Assembly (NCBI GenBank): GCA_043228905.1
Contig: JBHGNT010000009.1
Location: forward strand, 6,324,001-6,388,000
Reading direction: 5' to 3'
Source: Azolla caroliniana
Taxonomy: Eukaryota; Plantae; Polypodiophyta
DNA: 64,000 nucleotides
Shown here: piece after piece, positions 42,364 through 53,215 of the stretch
How the letters are laid out: each line of letters begins with the position of its first letter
Position numbering within the stretch: the stretch's first letter is position 1
Notes under the pieces: model-generated
The model's input: only the letters and a program-made list of their open reading frames with translations
Databases searched by the model: none
Told to the model about the DNA's origin: nothing
Program-made: the position numbers and the translations under genes

Positions 42364-42910
42364 TGGCACCCTTTGGATATTTACAAGGTTCCAAAAATGA
42401 GACATGATATACTTGTTGTAGATACATGTGTGGAGGCAAATCAAGGCGGAATGCAACATCCTTGATTGGATCGGAGATTATAAATGGACCAAGTCAATAA
42501 TCCAATTTATCGCACTTTCTAGATCCATTACTTCGAAACTTTAGTTCCTTTGATGACGAGTCAAGATGATGACGATCTACAACCTTCTTGTGTGAGGCTT
42601 GAGCGGTATGCAAATGGTGAGAAAGTGCAACATGAACTTCTTGGAGTTGACGTAGACGATCCTCCGCAGCATGATTTTTTTGAGATTTCGAGATGATATC
42701 TTATGTTTGCAAAAAATGGAGTATATCCTCTTAAGGAATAAACTAAATTATTGTCTGCAAACTTTGCAAATTGCAAAAAATCTACCCAATCATCCTATTG
42801 GTAATTGATGAAACACCTAAGATATTGTTCTAGTGTTTGATTTGTGCATGTAAAGAATCAAGAGATGGATTCTTGTGAAGCGGAAGAGATATGAGTTATC
42901 TGTGTCTATG

Positions 42911-42942
<32 letters not shown>

Positions 42943-45900
42943 ACAAGGAATAAGACACAGAGAATACGCAAGGTAAGAGTATCTTAACAAAGGAGAAAGA
43001 CTCAACTAAATACAAGGTGGGAGGAGGGTGCTTTATATAGTCACCCTCTCTCTTCATTAACTACAAGACTCATGGAGCATGGGGAATGTGAAAGCTCATA
43101 AGTTATGTGTCATAGAATATGATTCTATGACTCATACTAAATGCTAAAATACAAAGAGGTGACATAATGGTGACTCTTGACTGTTGGAGTGTTTATTCAC
43201 TCTCAAGGTGAGTTCACACACTAGACCAAGTTGAGCTTGATTCTCAACAGTGCACTCGGTTTGACCATCACTTTGTGGATGATAGCTTGAAGAAAGTTTA
43301 CAAGAGACTTTGACCATCTCAAGCAAGTGTTTCCAAAATTTTGAGATGAATTGTGGGTCACAATCACTAATGTTGTCATTTGGAAGATCATAAAGCCAAA
43401 ATACTTCTTTCATAACAATGTCTACAGTTTCTTTATTGTTGATAGTTTTTGTGCATGGAAGAAAATGTGTCATCTTTGTGAAGCGATCTATTACAGTGAA
43501 AATAGCATCAAAACTGTTCGAAAGTGGAAGATTTGTAATAAAATATAAAGCGATGGATTTCCATAGACCAATTGGAATTGTGAATGGTTGTAATAACCCA
43601 TATTGTCGACGTAGCGGAATCTTTGACCGACAACACACGTCACACCTACAAACATAATCCTCAACACACGCACAAAGATGAGGTTACCAATAGTTTTGAG
43701 AAACTAGCTCCAAATGTTTTTGGATTCTAAAGTGCCCAACCATTGGGTTGTCATATCAATATTTCATTACTTCAAGTCGAGACGAACCGTTGGGGACGTA
43801 CAAAAGAGTGTTACAAAAAAGTAAACCATTACACCATCTAAATTGGTTATAGTCTTTACGAGGATGCTTGGATCTTGAAGAAGAACCACGATTTGAATCA
43901 AGAAGCTTTGAATCTTCAAGTGCTTGAGACGCATTAACAATAATAGTCGTAACCGATCAGGCCCCAAAATTACTTACTTTTTTTATGATCAAATGTGGGC
44001 TCGCCTGGTCATGGCGCCAAATAAGATCATCATGATAGAGCATTTGCCTTTCCTTCTTGTACACCTGGGCAATATGTGATGAGGAAGTCAAAACGCACTA
44101 GAAATTGTGCCCAACGAGCTTGGCGTCGATTCAAGACTCTAACATTTCGAAATGTGAGGTTTTTATGATCATTGTAAACAATGATTTGGTGGGGAGAACC
44201 TTCTAAGATATGTATCCATTGTTCCAATGAGTCTATAATGGCTATAAGCTCTTTGTCGTGAATCTCATAGTTGATCTCTACGGCTTCAAATTTGTGTGAA
44301 TGGAAAGAAATTGGATGCACTGAATGAGGTGTTTTCTAGTTTAAAATTGTTTGGACCTTGGATGGATCCATAGATATACCTTGTTGTGAAACCGCATACC
44401 CTAGAAATTCCACGTGGTTCTGATGAAAGCTACATTTCTCGAGTTTGGCATAAAGCCCATATTCCCGCAAGCGTTGGATGACTTGGTAGATTTGTATGTC
44501 CATATCGAGTACATAATTTTGTCTTCCATTCATTGCGTGGACGTATCCAAACAAGGTTATAAACGCCTTGAAGATCTAGCTTCGTCAAAACTTTGGCTCC
44601 ACTAAGACACGCCAATAAAGCCGATATCAAGGGTGAGCATATCAGTTTCGAACTGTGATTTTGCTTCAACCTCGATAGTCCACGACCAATGATAGAGATT
44701 CATCTGTCTTCTTGACAAAGAAGATGGGTGCACCAACAAAGGCTTCTAGAATGTTGAATGAATCCATTTGCCAAGTACTCATCTATATACTCTCAAAGGG
44801 CCTTGAGCTGAGAAGGTAATAGAATATATATTGGCCCCATGGTGGCTCTTTCTCAAGTTGTAGATTGATAGGACAATCATACGGACGATGGTCTGGGAGA
44901 GTACTAGCTTTACTCTTGTTGAAGATGTCTTCAAATTCCGATTACTTAGTAGGGAGGAGCATATCTGACACTTGTGAACTAGAGGATGGTGTTGTCATTA
45001 CTGCAAAGACAAACATTTCATTTTTCTATCCGTCTTCTCAAAATCTTTGTAGAGAGATGGTCGAGATTTGGTGAGGTTTTGAATCTCAATTGGTAGTAAC
45101 AAGGAAGTTGGATTCAGGGTTTTGTTGGAAATAATTGATTGCTGGCTTTCTCCAATCAATTGACACTTGTGAACTAGAGGATGGTGTTGTCATTACTGCA
45201 AAGACAAACATTTCATTTTTCTATCCGTCTTCTCAAAATCTTTGTAGAGAGATGGTCGAGATTTGGTGAGGTTTTGAATCTCAATTGGTAGTAACAAGGA
45301 AGTTGGATTCAGGGTTTTGTTGGAAATAATTGATTGCTCGCTTTCTCCAATCAATTTCAAGATTATAAAGTTCAAACCAAGGACAAATGGATGCTTAGGA
45401 CCACTAATTATATTGAGGGAGATCACACAAGCCAAGTTACCAAGGAATACTCGAATTGCCTCAGATTCTTCAACTACATCTCCATATGCAATAGGATGAC
45501 CACCAATCACTGCAACAGTTGTAGGACAAGGGGGGTTGTTGAGTAGGATTTTCTAGGAGAGAGTTGAGTCTTGAATCTAAGAGAGTAGAAGCAAGAACTC
45601 GATGACAATTAGAAGTGCCGAGGTCAACTTGTGTTGAAAAATAATTCCTAACATGATTCGATAAAATCGAACCAAAACTTGGGGCTGACTTTACATATTA
45701 TGGATTGTTCAACCAAATGACTTTGATTTTGGTTGGACTTATTCATTTAATACATCATCAAGCTTAGTCAAGACTTCGAAACTATTGGATTGACCGAGGC
45801 ATGTGGGACTACTAGGGCTAGACGATCTAAGTGGGGAATTGGAATTAAGTTTCTCACTAATACTTACTTGATTTGCTTGTCTTTTGGCCTATTTGGGTAG

Positions 45901-46530
45901 GTGATTGCTATGTGTCTCGAACCACCACAATACAAACATATCGGCTTCAGAAAAAGGCCCTCGACGATGTGTTACATCGATCTCTATCAGAATATCACAA
46001 GTTAGGAGGCAGAAACTTGCGATGTAGGCGGAGGTAGGACGATCCCTTTGACACAGTCTTCGAATTTTGTTGATCCCCATTCTAACACTATTAGTATCTC
46101 CAAAGTTTACTTGAAATTCGTTAATGAAACCTTCGAATTCTTGGAGAAGAGGAGATTTCTTTTCTAACAGTGGTACAAACCATGGTAATGTCGTTCTTGT
46201 CAAAAGAAGAAGAAGAAGAAGAAGAAGAAGAAGAAGAAGAAAGGAGTTTTGGTTCAAATTGTCATGACCCTAGCTTGACAAAAGAGCATTGAACAAGAGA
46301 GGAAAACAAAGAGAGAAAAATGGATATATTTTATTACAAAAGGAAAATATACAAGAACGAGAACTATAATATTCACCGAAGACTAGTGTTGAACTAGAAT
46401 GGTTCTAACAATACCATATGTCATGTTTATATACTAGTAGCATGTGCTCCTTGGATGTCTGTAGGGTCATGATACCCTTTTGGATATTGTAGGGTCACGA
46501 TACCCTTTGGGATGTTGTAGGGTCATGATA
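42364..46530 (-). mobile_element. Degenerate Tcn1-like Ty3/Gypsy chromovirus (5' LTR 46260-46530)
   Basis: Fragments colinear with the intact element (gag, PR, RT, RH, INT, chromodomain); PBS TTTGAACCAAAA; 195-bp tandem duplication at 44966/45161. Confidence 0.88.
42849..43249 (-). mobile_element. Solo LTR (401 bp)
   Basis: TGTAAAGAATCAAG...CTTGATTCTCAACA; TSD GTGCA; splits integrase QTEC|TNQTLEQYL. Confidence 0.92.
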
Positions 46531-47284
46531 CCCAAAGGCTCCCTTGATTCAAAGTGAAGTGACGAGTCAAAGGAAAGAGGAGCTCGATGCAGGCGTCGTC
46601 CGTCGGCAGTCCAACTACTCTCATTTCACTCTCACTCTCCTGTAGGTGAACAAAGTTTAATGCACAAGATTAGGCTTGGAGCTAGAGATTAACATAACAA
46701 ACATAAGATCAAGGAGGGATAAACAAGATTAAGATCAAAGAAGCTATTTTATTTAGTCCGAAATCGTTAGGTTAAGCAAGAAAATCACTTTATAAGATCA
46801 GGTTACAAAAGTTTTGAATGTTTGATTGCAATGGTGGAAATTAAAAGTTAACCACTAAATAAGAAACAAGAAAATGCAAGATGGGAGAGGGTTGATGTCA
46901 TGAACACACCAACCGTGGACTCGGATGCAACATGGATGATGGGGCTACGAGTGTGAAACTTAAGAAGCTAGAAAGGACACAAGAGCTTGAAGACAGAGAT
47001 GAAGAAGGAGACAAGATGGAATGGAACAAGAATACTAGATTGATGTGTCAATGACTAGCGTTGAATCCCTTGAAAGGGACCACAGAGGTTACAAGTATTT
47101 ATACAAGTTCTGAGATTGAATATGTCTAGAATATACTCGAGAACTATCCCTAGAACATGTACCCGACAAATATCTCTAGAATATACTTGTCTAGAAGACA
47201 CCATAGAATATTTCTAGAATATTCTAGAATGTATTGTATGCTAGAATAAATAATATTAAACTATTATATACAAATAGATGCGCA

Positions 47285-47831
47285 TGTCGTGACTCTTGAG
47301 TAGGAAGCAGAGAGAGAGCGATGGCGATAGAGATAACGATAACGATAGAGATGGCGAGAGCGGTAGAGATAGCGATAGTGATAGAAAGAGAGTGAAAGAG
47401 GGAGAGAGTGCGAGAGAGAGAAAAGTATAAGTGAGAGATAAGAAATGGGAATGCGATTATATTATGAGAAAGAAGATTACAAGGAGTAGGCTAAGGGCTA
47501 AAGACTGGTGTTGAACCGAATGAGTTGTGATGAGTGTATGGACTCTTATTTATAGGCCCTTATGGAGTATTCTAGAATGTTCTAGAATATTTTAGATATT
47601 TATGAATAATAATAATAATAAATATAATCATGAAATATTCAAGAACATTCTAGAATAATCTAGAATGTTCTAAATATCTCGTAATAACTAAACCTATAAT
47701 TATTATGATTACATCTCACATATGTTATTACAATGGTTAAAGTACAATATGTAAACCAAGAGGTTATGGGTTCGATTCCTGGTTCGCCAAGATGAATGTC
47801 ATGATAAGCCAAGATGTATGTCTTCATGACA
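47285..47831 (-). repeat. 3' LTR of the intact Gypsy
   Basis: TG...CA direct repeat of 52669-53215, adjacent to the PPT. Confidence 0.97.
47719..47790 (+). promoter_or_regulatory. tRNA-like Pol III cassette in the LTR (second copy 53103-53174)
   Basis: A-box-like TATTACAATGG 47726-47736 followed by TTAA; perfect B box GGTTCGATTCC 47769-47779; box starts 43 nt apart. Confidence 0.6.
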
Positions 47832-50800
47832 TTATCCCCCCTTTTCGATGACGAGTTGCACGAGTCGGAAGAAAAGAGTTCAGACTTGGTTTATGAGGAT
47901 ATTGGTTGTGAAATGCAACAACCATGTCGGAGGCATTGGCAAGATGTTCGGCAGGCTCCCATGTTCGATCATTAGGTGTATAGCCTAACCAATCAACCAA
48001 GTAGTATAGTTTGTTGCGAATGATCTTGGAGTCGAGGATAGCGGCAACCTCATATTCAGAGCCATTGGAAACGTCAATTGGAGGTGGGGGAGGTGTAACA
48101 CGACCCGGAATAGAGCTCGTTGTGTAGGGCTCCAAAAGTGAAACATGGAAGACCGGGTGAAGACGCATATGAGGAGGAAGATCAAGACGAAATGTCACAT
48201 CATTGATCTTACCACTTATGACATATGGGCCAAAACGTTGATAATCCAATTTGTAGCAAGGTCGGGTCGTTTTAATGCTACCTTGTAAGAGCCATACACG
48301 ATCGCCTACTTGAAATGTAGTCGATGAATCACGCCGATGACGGTCAGCAATCTTCTTTTGAGTGTTTTGGGCTTCACATAAATGATGCAAAAGCATATCC
48401 TGAACTTCTTGGAGTCGAGTGAGCCGATCTTCAGCAGCTGGGTTTTTTGGGAGTTCAGGATGTTCAAGCATCGTCCAACGAGGATGGTACCCAATGTTTG
48501 CAAAAAATGGGGAATATCCAGTAGAAGAATGCTCGGAGTTGTTATAAGCAAATTCCGCCAAAGGTAGTAAATCCACCCAATCATCTTGTTGATAGTTGAC
48601 AAAACAACGTAGATATTGCTCGACTGTTTGGTTGGTGCGCTCACTCTGCCCATTAGTCTCTGGATGGTAGCCGGAAGAGAGTTTACAAGAAGTATGTAAG
48701 AGTTTGAACATGTGCCGCCAAAATTTCGAGATGAATTGGGGACCCCGATCACTGATAATATCATCCGGAAGACCATGATGACGAAACACCTCCCGCATGA
48801 GTAAATCAGCTGTCTCTTGACTAGTAATGGTCTTTGTGCATGGAAGGAAATGTGCCATCTTCGTAAAACGATCGACAACCGTGAGAATCGAATCAAATCC
48901 CTTGGAAGGTGGAAGATCCGTAATAAAGTCCAAGGAAATAGATTTCCATGGGCTCTCCGGAATAGGCATTGGCTGTAATAAGCCATATGGATGATGTCGA
49001 GGCTTTTTTGATCGGCAACATGTATCACAGCTACGAACATAATCCGTAACAAAATGGCGAAGCCGTGGCCACCAATATCGGCGAGAAATCAACTCAAAAG
49101 TCTTGTGGATGCCGAAGTGTCCCGCCATTGGTGTGTCATGACATTGTTGCATGACTTTGAGTCGAGAAGGACCGTCAGGCACATACAAGAGAGTTTGTCG
49201 AAAAAGTAACCCATCATGCCAACTAAACTGGGTGTAGTCTAGACGAGGATTTTGAGTTTGGGAGCTAGATGCACGATTTGGGATAATATGGCTCAAAACC
49301 TCTTGGGCGAACGCATCAGTCGCAATCTGCTCACGAATGGAATCAAGAAGCCTTGAATCTCCCGGTGTGTTGATGGTATGCATTGCCATTATTCGTAGAC
49401 GATCAGGACCTAAGAGGATTTGCTTTTGGCTTTCAAATGCGGCCTCTCCAGGTTGAAGTTCCATATACGAACGTCTAGATAAAGCATCTGCTTTTCCTTG
49501 TTGCATCCCAGGGCGATATAGAATTACAAAATCGAAACGAGTTAAGAACTGCGCCCAACGAGCTTGTCGTCGATTCAAGACTCGAGCACTTTGAAAGTAT
49601 GTTAGATTTTTATGATCATTGTAGACAATAATCTGCTGAGAAGAACCCTCCAGAAAATGACGCCATTGTTGAAAAGAATCCACAATGGCAAGAAGCTCTT
49701 TGTCGTGAATCTCATAGTTGATTTCTGCGGCTTCAAATTTTCGTGAGTGAAAAGCCACCGGGTGCAGTTCACCATCATCACCAATTTGGGATAGTACACT
49801 TCCGAGTGCGAAATCCGATGCATCAGCTTCAAGTATAAAGCGCCTCATTGGATCGACATGGATTAAGATTGGTGCGGATGTAAATGCTTGCTTTAAACCC
49901 TCAAATGCAGAGTTCGCATCTATACTCCATACAAATGGTCGATTCTTGTGCGTCAGTTGAGTGAGGGGCAACACAATTTTTGAATAATCTTTGATGAACT
50001 TGCGATAAAAGTTTGCGAACCCCAAAAAACATTGCACATCTCGCACGGACTGTGGTGTTTGCCAATCCAAAATTGTTTGAACCTTTGATGGATCCATAGA
50101 GATGCCATTTGAAGAGACTATGTACCCCAAAAACTCCACTTGACATTGGTCGAAACTACACTTCTCCAATTTTGCATAGAGACCATACTCTCGTAGCCGT
50201 TGCAAAACTTGGCGAACATGTATATCATGTTCTTCTTGAGTTTTTGAGTAGATCAAGATATCATCCAGGTAAACAATGATGAAGATATCGAGGAAGTCTC
50301 GAAAAATATCATTCGCCATATGTTGGAAGACTGCTGGTGCATTCGTGAGGCCAAAAGGCATCACTGTGTACTCAAAATGACCATAGCGAGTGCGGAACGC
50401 CGTCTTCCATTCATCCCCAGGACGAATTCGAACAAGGTTGTAGGCACCTCGAAGATCTAACTTCGTGAAATACTTTGCTTCACTGAGGCGTTCTAGAAGG
50501 CTTGAGATCAATGGGAGAGCATATCGGTTTCTAACGGTCACTTTATTCAAGCCTCGATAATCCACGACCATACGAAGCGTACCATCTTTCTTCTTAACGA
50601 AAAAGATGGGTGCACCAGCAGGAGATTTTGAATGTTGGATAAAACCATTTGCCAAGTTCTCATTGATATATTCTCGAAGAACCTCTAACTCCATGGGCGA
50701 AAGATTATAAATTGGTCCCCATGGAGGCTCTTTTCCTGGCTGCAAATCAATTGGGCAATCATATGGTCGATGCTCTGGTAGTCTATTAGCCTTCACCTTA

Positions 50801-51468
50801 TCGAACACATCGGAGAATTCTATGTACTTCTTTGGTAGTTGGACCCCCAATTCTTGTGAGCTAGATGAGGGAGTTGCTAAAACCGCAAATACCATCATGT
50901 CTTCCTTTCTTCCATCCTCTCGTAATTGATGTATAGAGATTGTTGAAATTGTGGGGGATCCTAGATCCTTAGTTGGAGCTTCAGGAGACTTGGATTGTAC
51001 GGTGACCTCTTCAATAGTTCTTTTTCTCCAATCAATGGTTGGGTTATGTAACTCAAACCAAGGAAGACCAAGAACTAGAGAGTGCTCCGGACTACTAATG
51101 ATGTTAAATGAGATGACACTAGCCAAATTACCTAGGACTACACGAATTGGTTCAGACTCTTCGACTATATCTCCTGATGCTATAGGGCGACCATCGATGA
51201 CTCCTACAGCTACTGGGTTTGGGAGTTTTTTCAAGATGATGTTTTGAGTCAATGCAAACTCGCGATCCATGAAACAAGAATTGGCTCCGGAATCTAGGAG
51301 GGCAGAGGCTAGGGCGCGATGACCTGTAGATGTGCTAAGCTCGACTTGTGCAGAAAAAACTCTACTAACTTGATTTGATGAAATGGAACCACAACTAGGT
51401 ACTGACTCTACATAACTAGGATGGTCCAACCAAATGGCTCCTATTTTGGCCGGACTTATTCGTTTAAC
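47824..51468 (-). CDS. pol: Pol polyprotein (PR-RT-RNase H-INT-chromodomain), probably expressed by -1 frameshift from gag
   Basis: LLDSGA protease, YLDD RT, RNase H, HHCC+DDE integrase and chromodomain YEVAAILD..YLVDWLGY..RTWEP. The ORF-track start at 51429 is a TTG; the frame is open upstream through the slippery site. Confidence 0.95.
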   Translation of the reverse strand, partial: VKRISPAKIGAIWLDHPSYVESVPSCGSISSNQVSRVFSAQVELSTSTGHRALASALLDSGANSCFMDREFALTQNIILKKLPNPVAVGVIDGRPIASGDIVEESEPIRVVLGNLASVISFNIISSPEHSLVLGLPWFELHNPTIDWRKRTIEEVTVQSKSPEAPTKDLGSPTISTISIHQLREDGRKEDMMVFAVLATPSSSSQELGVQLPKKYIEFSDVFDKVKANRLPEHRPYDCPIDLQPGKEPPWGPIYNLSPMELEVLREYINENLANGFIQHSKSPAGAPIFFVKKKDGTLRMVVDYRGLNKVTVRNRYALPLISSLLERLSEAKYFTKLDLRGAYNLVRIRPGDEWKTAFRTRYGHFEYTVMPFGLTNAPAVFQHMANDIFRDFLDIFIIVYLDDILIYSKTQEEHDIHVRQVLQRLREYGLYAKLEKCSFDQCQVEFLGYIVSSNGISMDPSKVQTILDWQTPQSVRDVQCFLGFANFYRKFIKDYSKIVLPLTQLTHKNRPFVWSIDANSAFEGLKQAFTSAPILIHVDPMRRFILEADASDFALGSVLSQIGDDGELHPVAFHSRKFEAAEINYEIHDKELLAIVDSFQQWRHFLEGSSQQIIVYNDHKNLTYFQSARVLNRRQARWAQFLTRFDFVILYRPGMQQGKADALSRRSYMELQPGEAAFESQKQILLGPDRLRIMAMHTINTPGDSRLLDSIREQIATDAFAQEVLSHIIPNRASSSQTQNPRLDYTQFSWHDGLLFRQTLLYVPDGPSRLKVMQQCHDTPMAGHFGIHKTFELISRRYWWPRLRHFVTDYVRSCDTCCRSKKPRHHPYGLLQPMPIPESPWKSISLDFITDLPPSKGFDSILTVVDRFTKMAHFLPCTKTITSQETADLLMREVFRHHGLPDDIISDRGPQFISKFWRHMFKLLHTSCKLSSGYHPETNGQSERTNQTVEQYLRCFVNYQQDDWVDLLPLAEFAYNNSEHSSTGYSPFFANIGYHPRWTMLEHPELPKNPAAEDRLTRLQEVQDMLLHHLCEAQNTQKKIADRHRRDSSTTFQVGDRVWLLQGSIKTTRPCYKLDYQRFGPYVISGKINDVTFRLDLPPHMRLHPVFHVSLLEPYTTSSIPGRVTPPPPPIDVSNGSEYEVAAILDSKIIRNKLYYLVDWLGYTPNDRTWEPAEHLANASDMVVAFHNQYPHKPSLNSFLPTRATRHRKGGIMS
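51424..51468 (-). promoter_or_regulatory. -1 programmed ribosomal frameshift signal
   Basis: G_UUA_AAC at 51468-51462, 6-nt spacer, then an 11-bp stem GUCCGGCCAAA/UUUGGUUGGAC. Confidence 0.75.
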
Positions 51469-52583
51469 ACATCCTCTAATTGGCTCAAGACATCAAATCT
51501 ATTCTCATGGCATGGGCTAGTAGGCTTAGTACTTAAGTTATTAGAAGTGATAGTAGAACTTGATGTAGGGTTGTCATGTGCACTTACTTGGTAAACTTGA
51601 CGCCTGGGTTTATGTGGACAATTCACAGCTATATGTCCTGGACCACCACAGTAGAGGCATAGGCGATGCACCCGACGTCGTTGTTTCTCAGCATCTGATA
51701 AGGGCCCTCGACGTTGTGTCGACTCTATTTCCATCGGAGTGGGACCATCCCTCGTAACGGGTCTAGAACCTTGTGGCGGTGTGGCGACTATAGAAGCGTA
51801 TGTCTGTTCCGGTTGGCGGCGTAACATTTGTTGACGTTCAGAACGTCGCTCAAATAGGCGATTATCACATCGCACAGCTCGGCTAATAGCTTCAGTAAGA
51901 GACTTTGGATCTTCATGGAAAGTAAGAAGAAGATCTTTGACATCGTTACGCAAACCCTGACGGAATTGATCCATTAAGGCTGCCTCATCCCAAGGGATGT
52001 CGCATGCCAAGAGACGGAAATCTGCGGCATAAGCTGAAGCGGGACGATCTCCTTGTCGGAGTCTTCGAATCTTGTTTATTGCAGTCCTAGTGCTATCCGT
52101 ATCTCCAAAACTAGCTTGAAACTCCTTAACGAATGCCTGGAAATCCTCCAGTAATGGTGATTTCTTCTCAAGAAGTGGTGCAAACCATGCTAACGATGTA
52201 CCGCTTAGCAAGGTTCCTATTAATCCCACACGGGCAGCATCAGTTGGATACCGATTGGGATGTAACTGAATCACCAAACGAACTTGATTCAGGAAACCTC
52301 GAAAGAGAGATCTGGTACCATCAAACTTGGCAGGGAGGCTAATCTTTGGTTCCCTTGGGGAGTTTTGAACCCCCGCCGCTTGTTCTCGTAATGTTAATAT
52401 AGTAGCCTCAAGTTGATGAACCCGTTGTGATAACTCCTCATATTGATGAGCTTTCTCAGTACTGACTTGTTGAAGATCCCCGAGTAGCCTTTGATTTTCT
52501 TGCTCTAATGCCACAAACTTAGTGGTGAGCATATCGAGCTCCGAAAGGACACGCATATACTCTTGCTTGCTGACCGACTCCAT
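51456..52583 (-). CDS. gag: Gag (coiled coil, retrotransposon gag domain, CCHC knuckle)
   Basis: 375-aa ORF with LRQG..SAYAADF, PTPMEI and CLYCGGPGHIAVNC. Confidence 0.95.
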   Translation of the reverse strand: MESVSKQEYMRVLSELDMLTTKFVALEQENQRLLGDLQQVSTEKAHQYEELSQRVHQLEATILTLREQAAGVQNSPREPKISLPAKFDGTRSLFRGFLNQVRLVIQLHPNRYPTDAARVGLIGTLLSGTSLAWFAPLLEKKSPLLEDFQAFVKEFQASFGDTDSTRTAINKIRRLRQGDRPASAYAADFRLLACDIPWDEAALMDQFRQGLRNDVKDLLLTFHEDPKSLTEAISRAVRCDNRLFERRSERQQMLRRQPEQTYASIVATPPQGSRPVTRDGPTPMEIESTQRRGPLSDAEKQRRRVHRLCLYCGGPGHIAVNCPHKPRRQVYQVSAHDNPTSSSTITSNNLSTKPTSPCHENRFDVLSQLEDVLNE

Positions 52584-52668
52584 AACCGCGGGGGAAAAAG
52601 AAAGAAGGATAAAGAAGAAAGCTTGCTAGGGTTATTGGAGAAAGGGAAAAGAAATATTTGGTTCAAAC

Positions 52669-53215
52669 TGTCGTGACTCTTGAGTAGGAAGCAGAGAGAG
52701 AGCGATGGCGATAGAGATAACGATAACGATAGAGATGGCGAGAGCGGTAGAGATAGCGATAGTGATAGAAAGAGAGTGAAAGAGGGAGAGAGTGCGAGAG
52801 AGAGAAAAGTATAAGTGAGAGATAAGAAATGGGAATGCGATTATATTATGAGAAAGAAGATTACAAGGAGTAGGCTAAGGGCTAAAGACTGGTGTTGAAC
52901 CGAATGAGTTGTGATGAGTGTATGGACTCTTATTTATAGGCCCTTATGGAGTATTCTAGAATGTTCTAGAATATTTTAGATATTTATGAATAATAATAAT
53001 AATAAATATAATCATGAAATATTCAAGAACATTCTAGAATAATCTAGAATGTTCTAAATATCTCGTAATAACTAAACCTATAATTATTATGATTACATCT
53101 CACATATGTTATTACAATGGTTAAAGTACAATATGTAAACCAAGAGGTTATGGGTTCGATTCCTGGTTCGCCAAGATGAATGTCATGATAAGCCAAGATG
53201 TATGTCTTCATGACA
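52669..53215 (-). repeat. 5' LTR of the intact Gypsy
   Basis: Followed by the PBS and gag; TATAAATA at 52938-52931. Confidence 0.97.

Larger units (their letters stand above)
47285..53215 (-). mobile_element. Intact, very young Tcn1-like Ty3/Gypsy chromovirus
   Basis: 547-bp LTRs 47285-47831 and 52669-53215 with no difference visible by eye; TSD GCGCA; PPT AAAAGGGGGGATAA; non-tRNA PBS GTTTGAACCAAAT; uninterrupted gag and pol. Confidence 0.97.

Noticed and set aside
47719-47790. Functional tRNA gene in the LTR
   Set aside because: Acceptor and anticodon stems do not pair; only the promoter boxes and loop motifs remain, so it is reported as a tRNA-like cassette.
48306-49052. 248-aa alternative-frame ORF inside pol, and other antisense ORFs over TE coding regions
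   Set aside because: No recognisable motifs; these are expected shadow ORFs of long coding sequences.
51415-51445. H-type pseudoknot (loop UAGGA pairing with downstream UCCUA) at the frameshift site
   Set aside because: The connecting loop would be only 2 nt across an 11-bp stem, and the loop sequence is not conserved in the sister element at 45707-45738.
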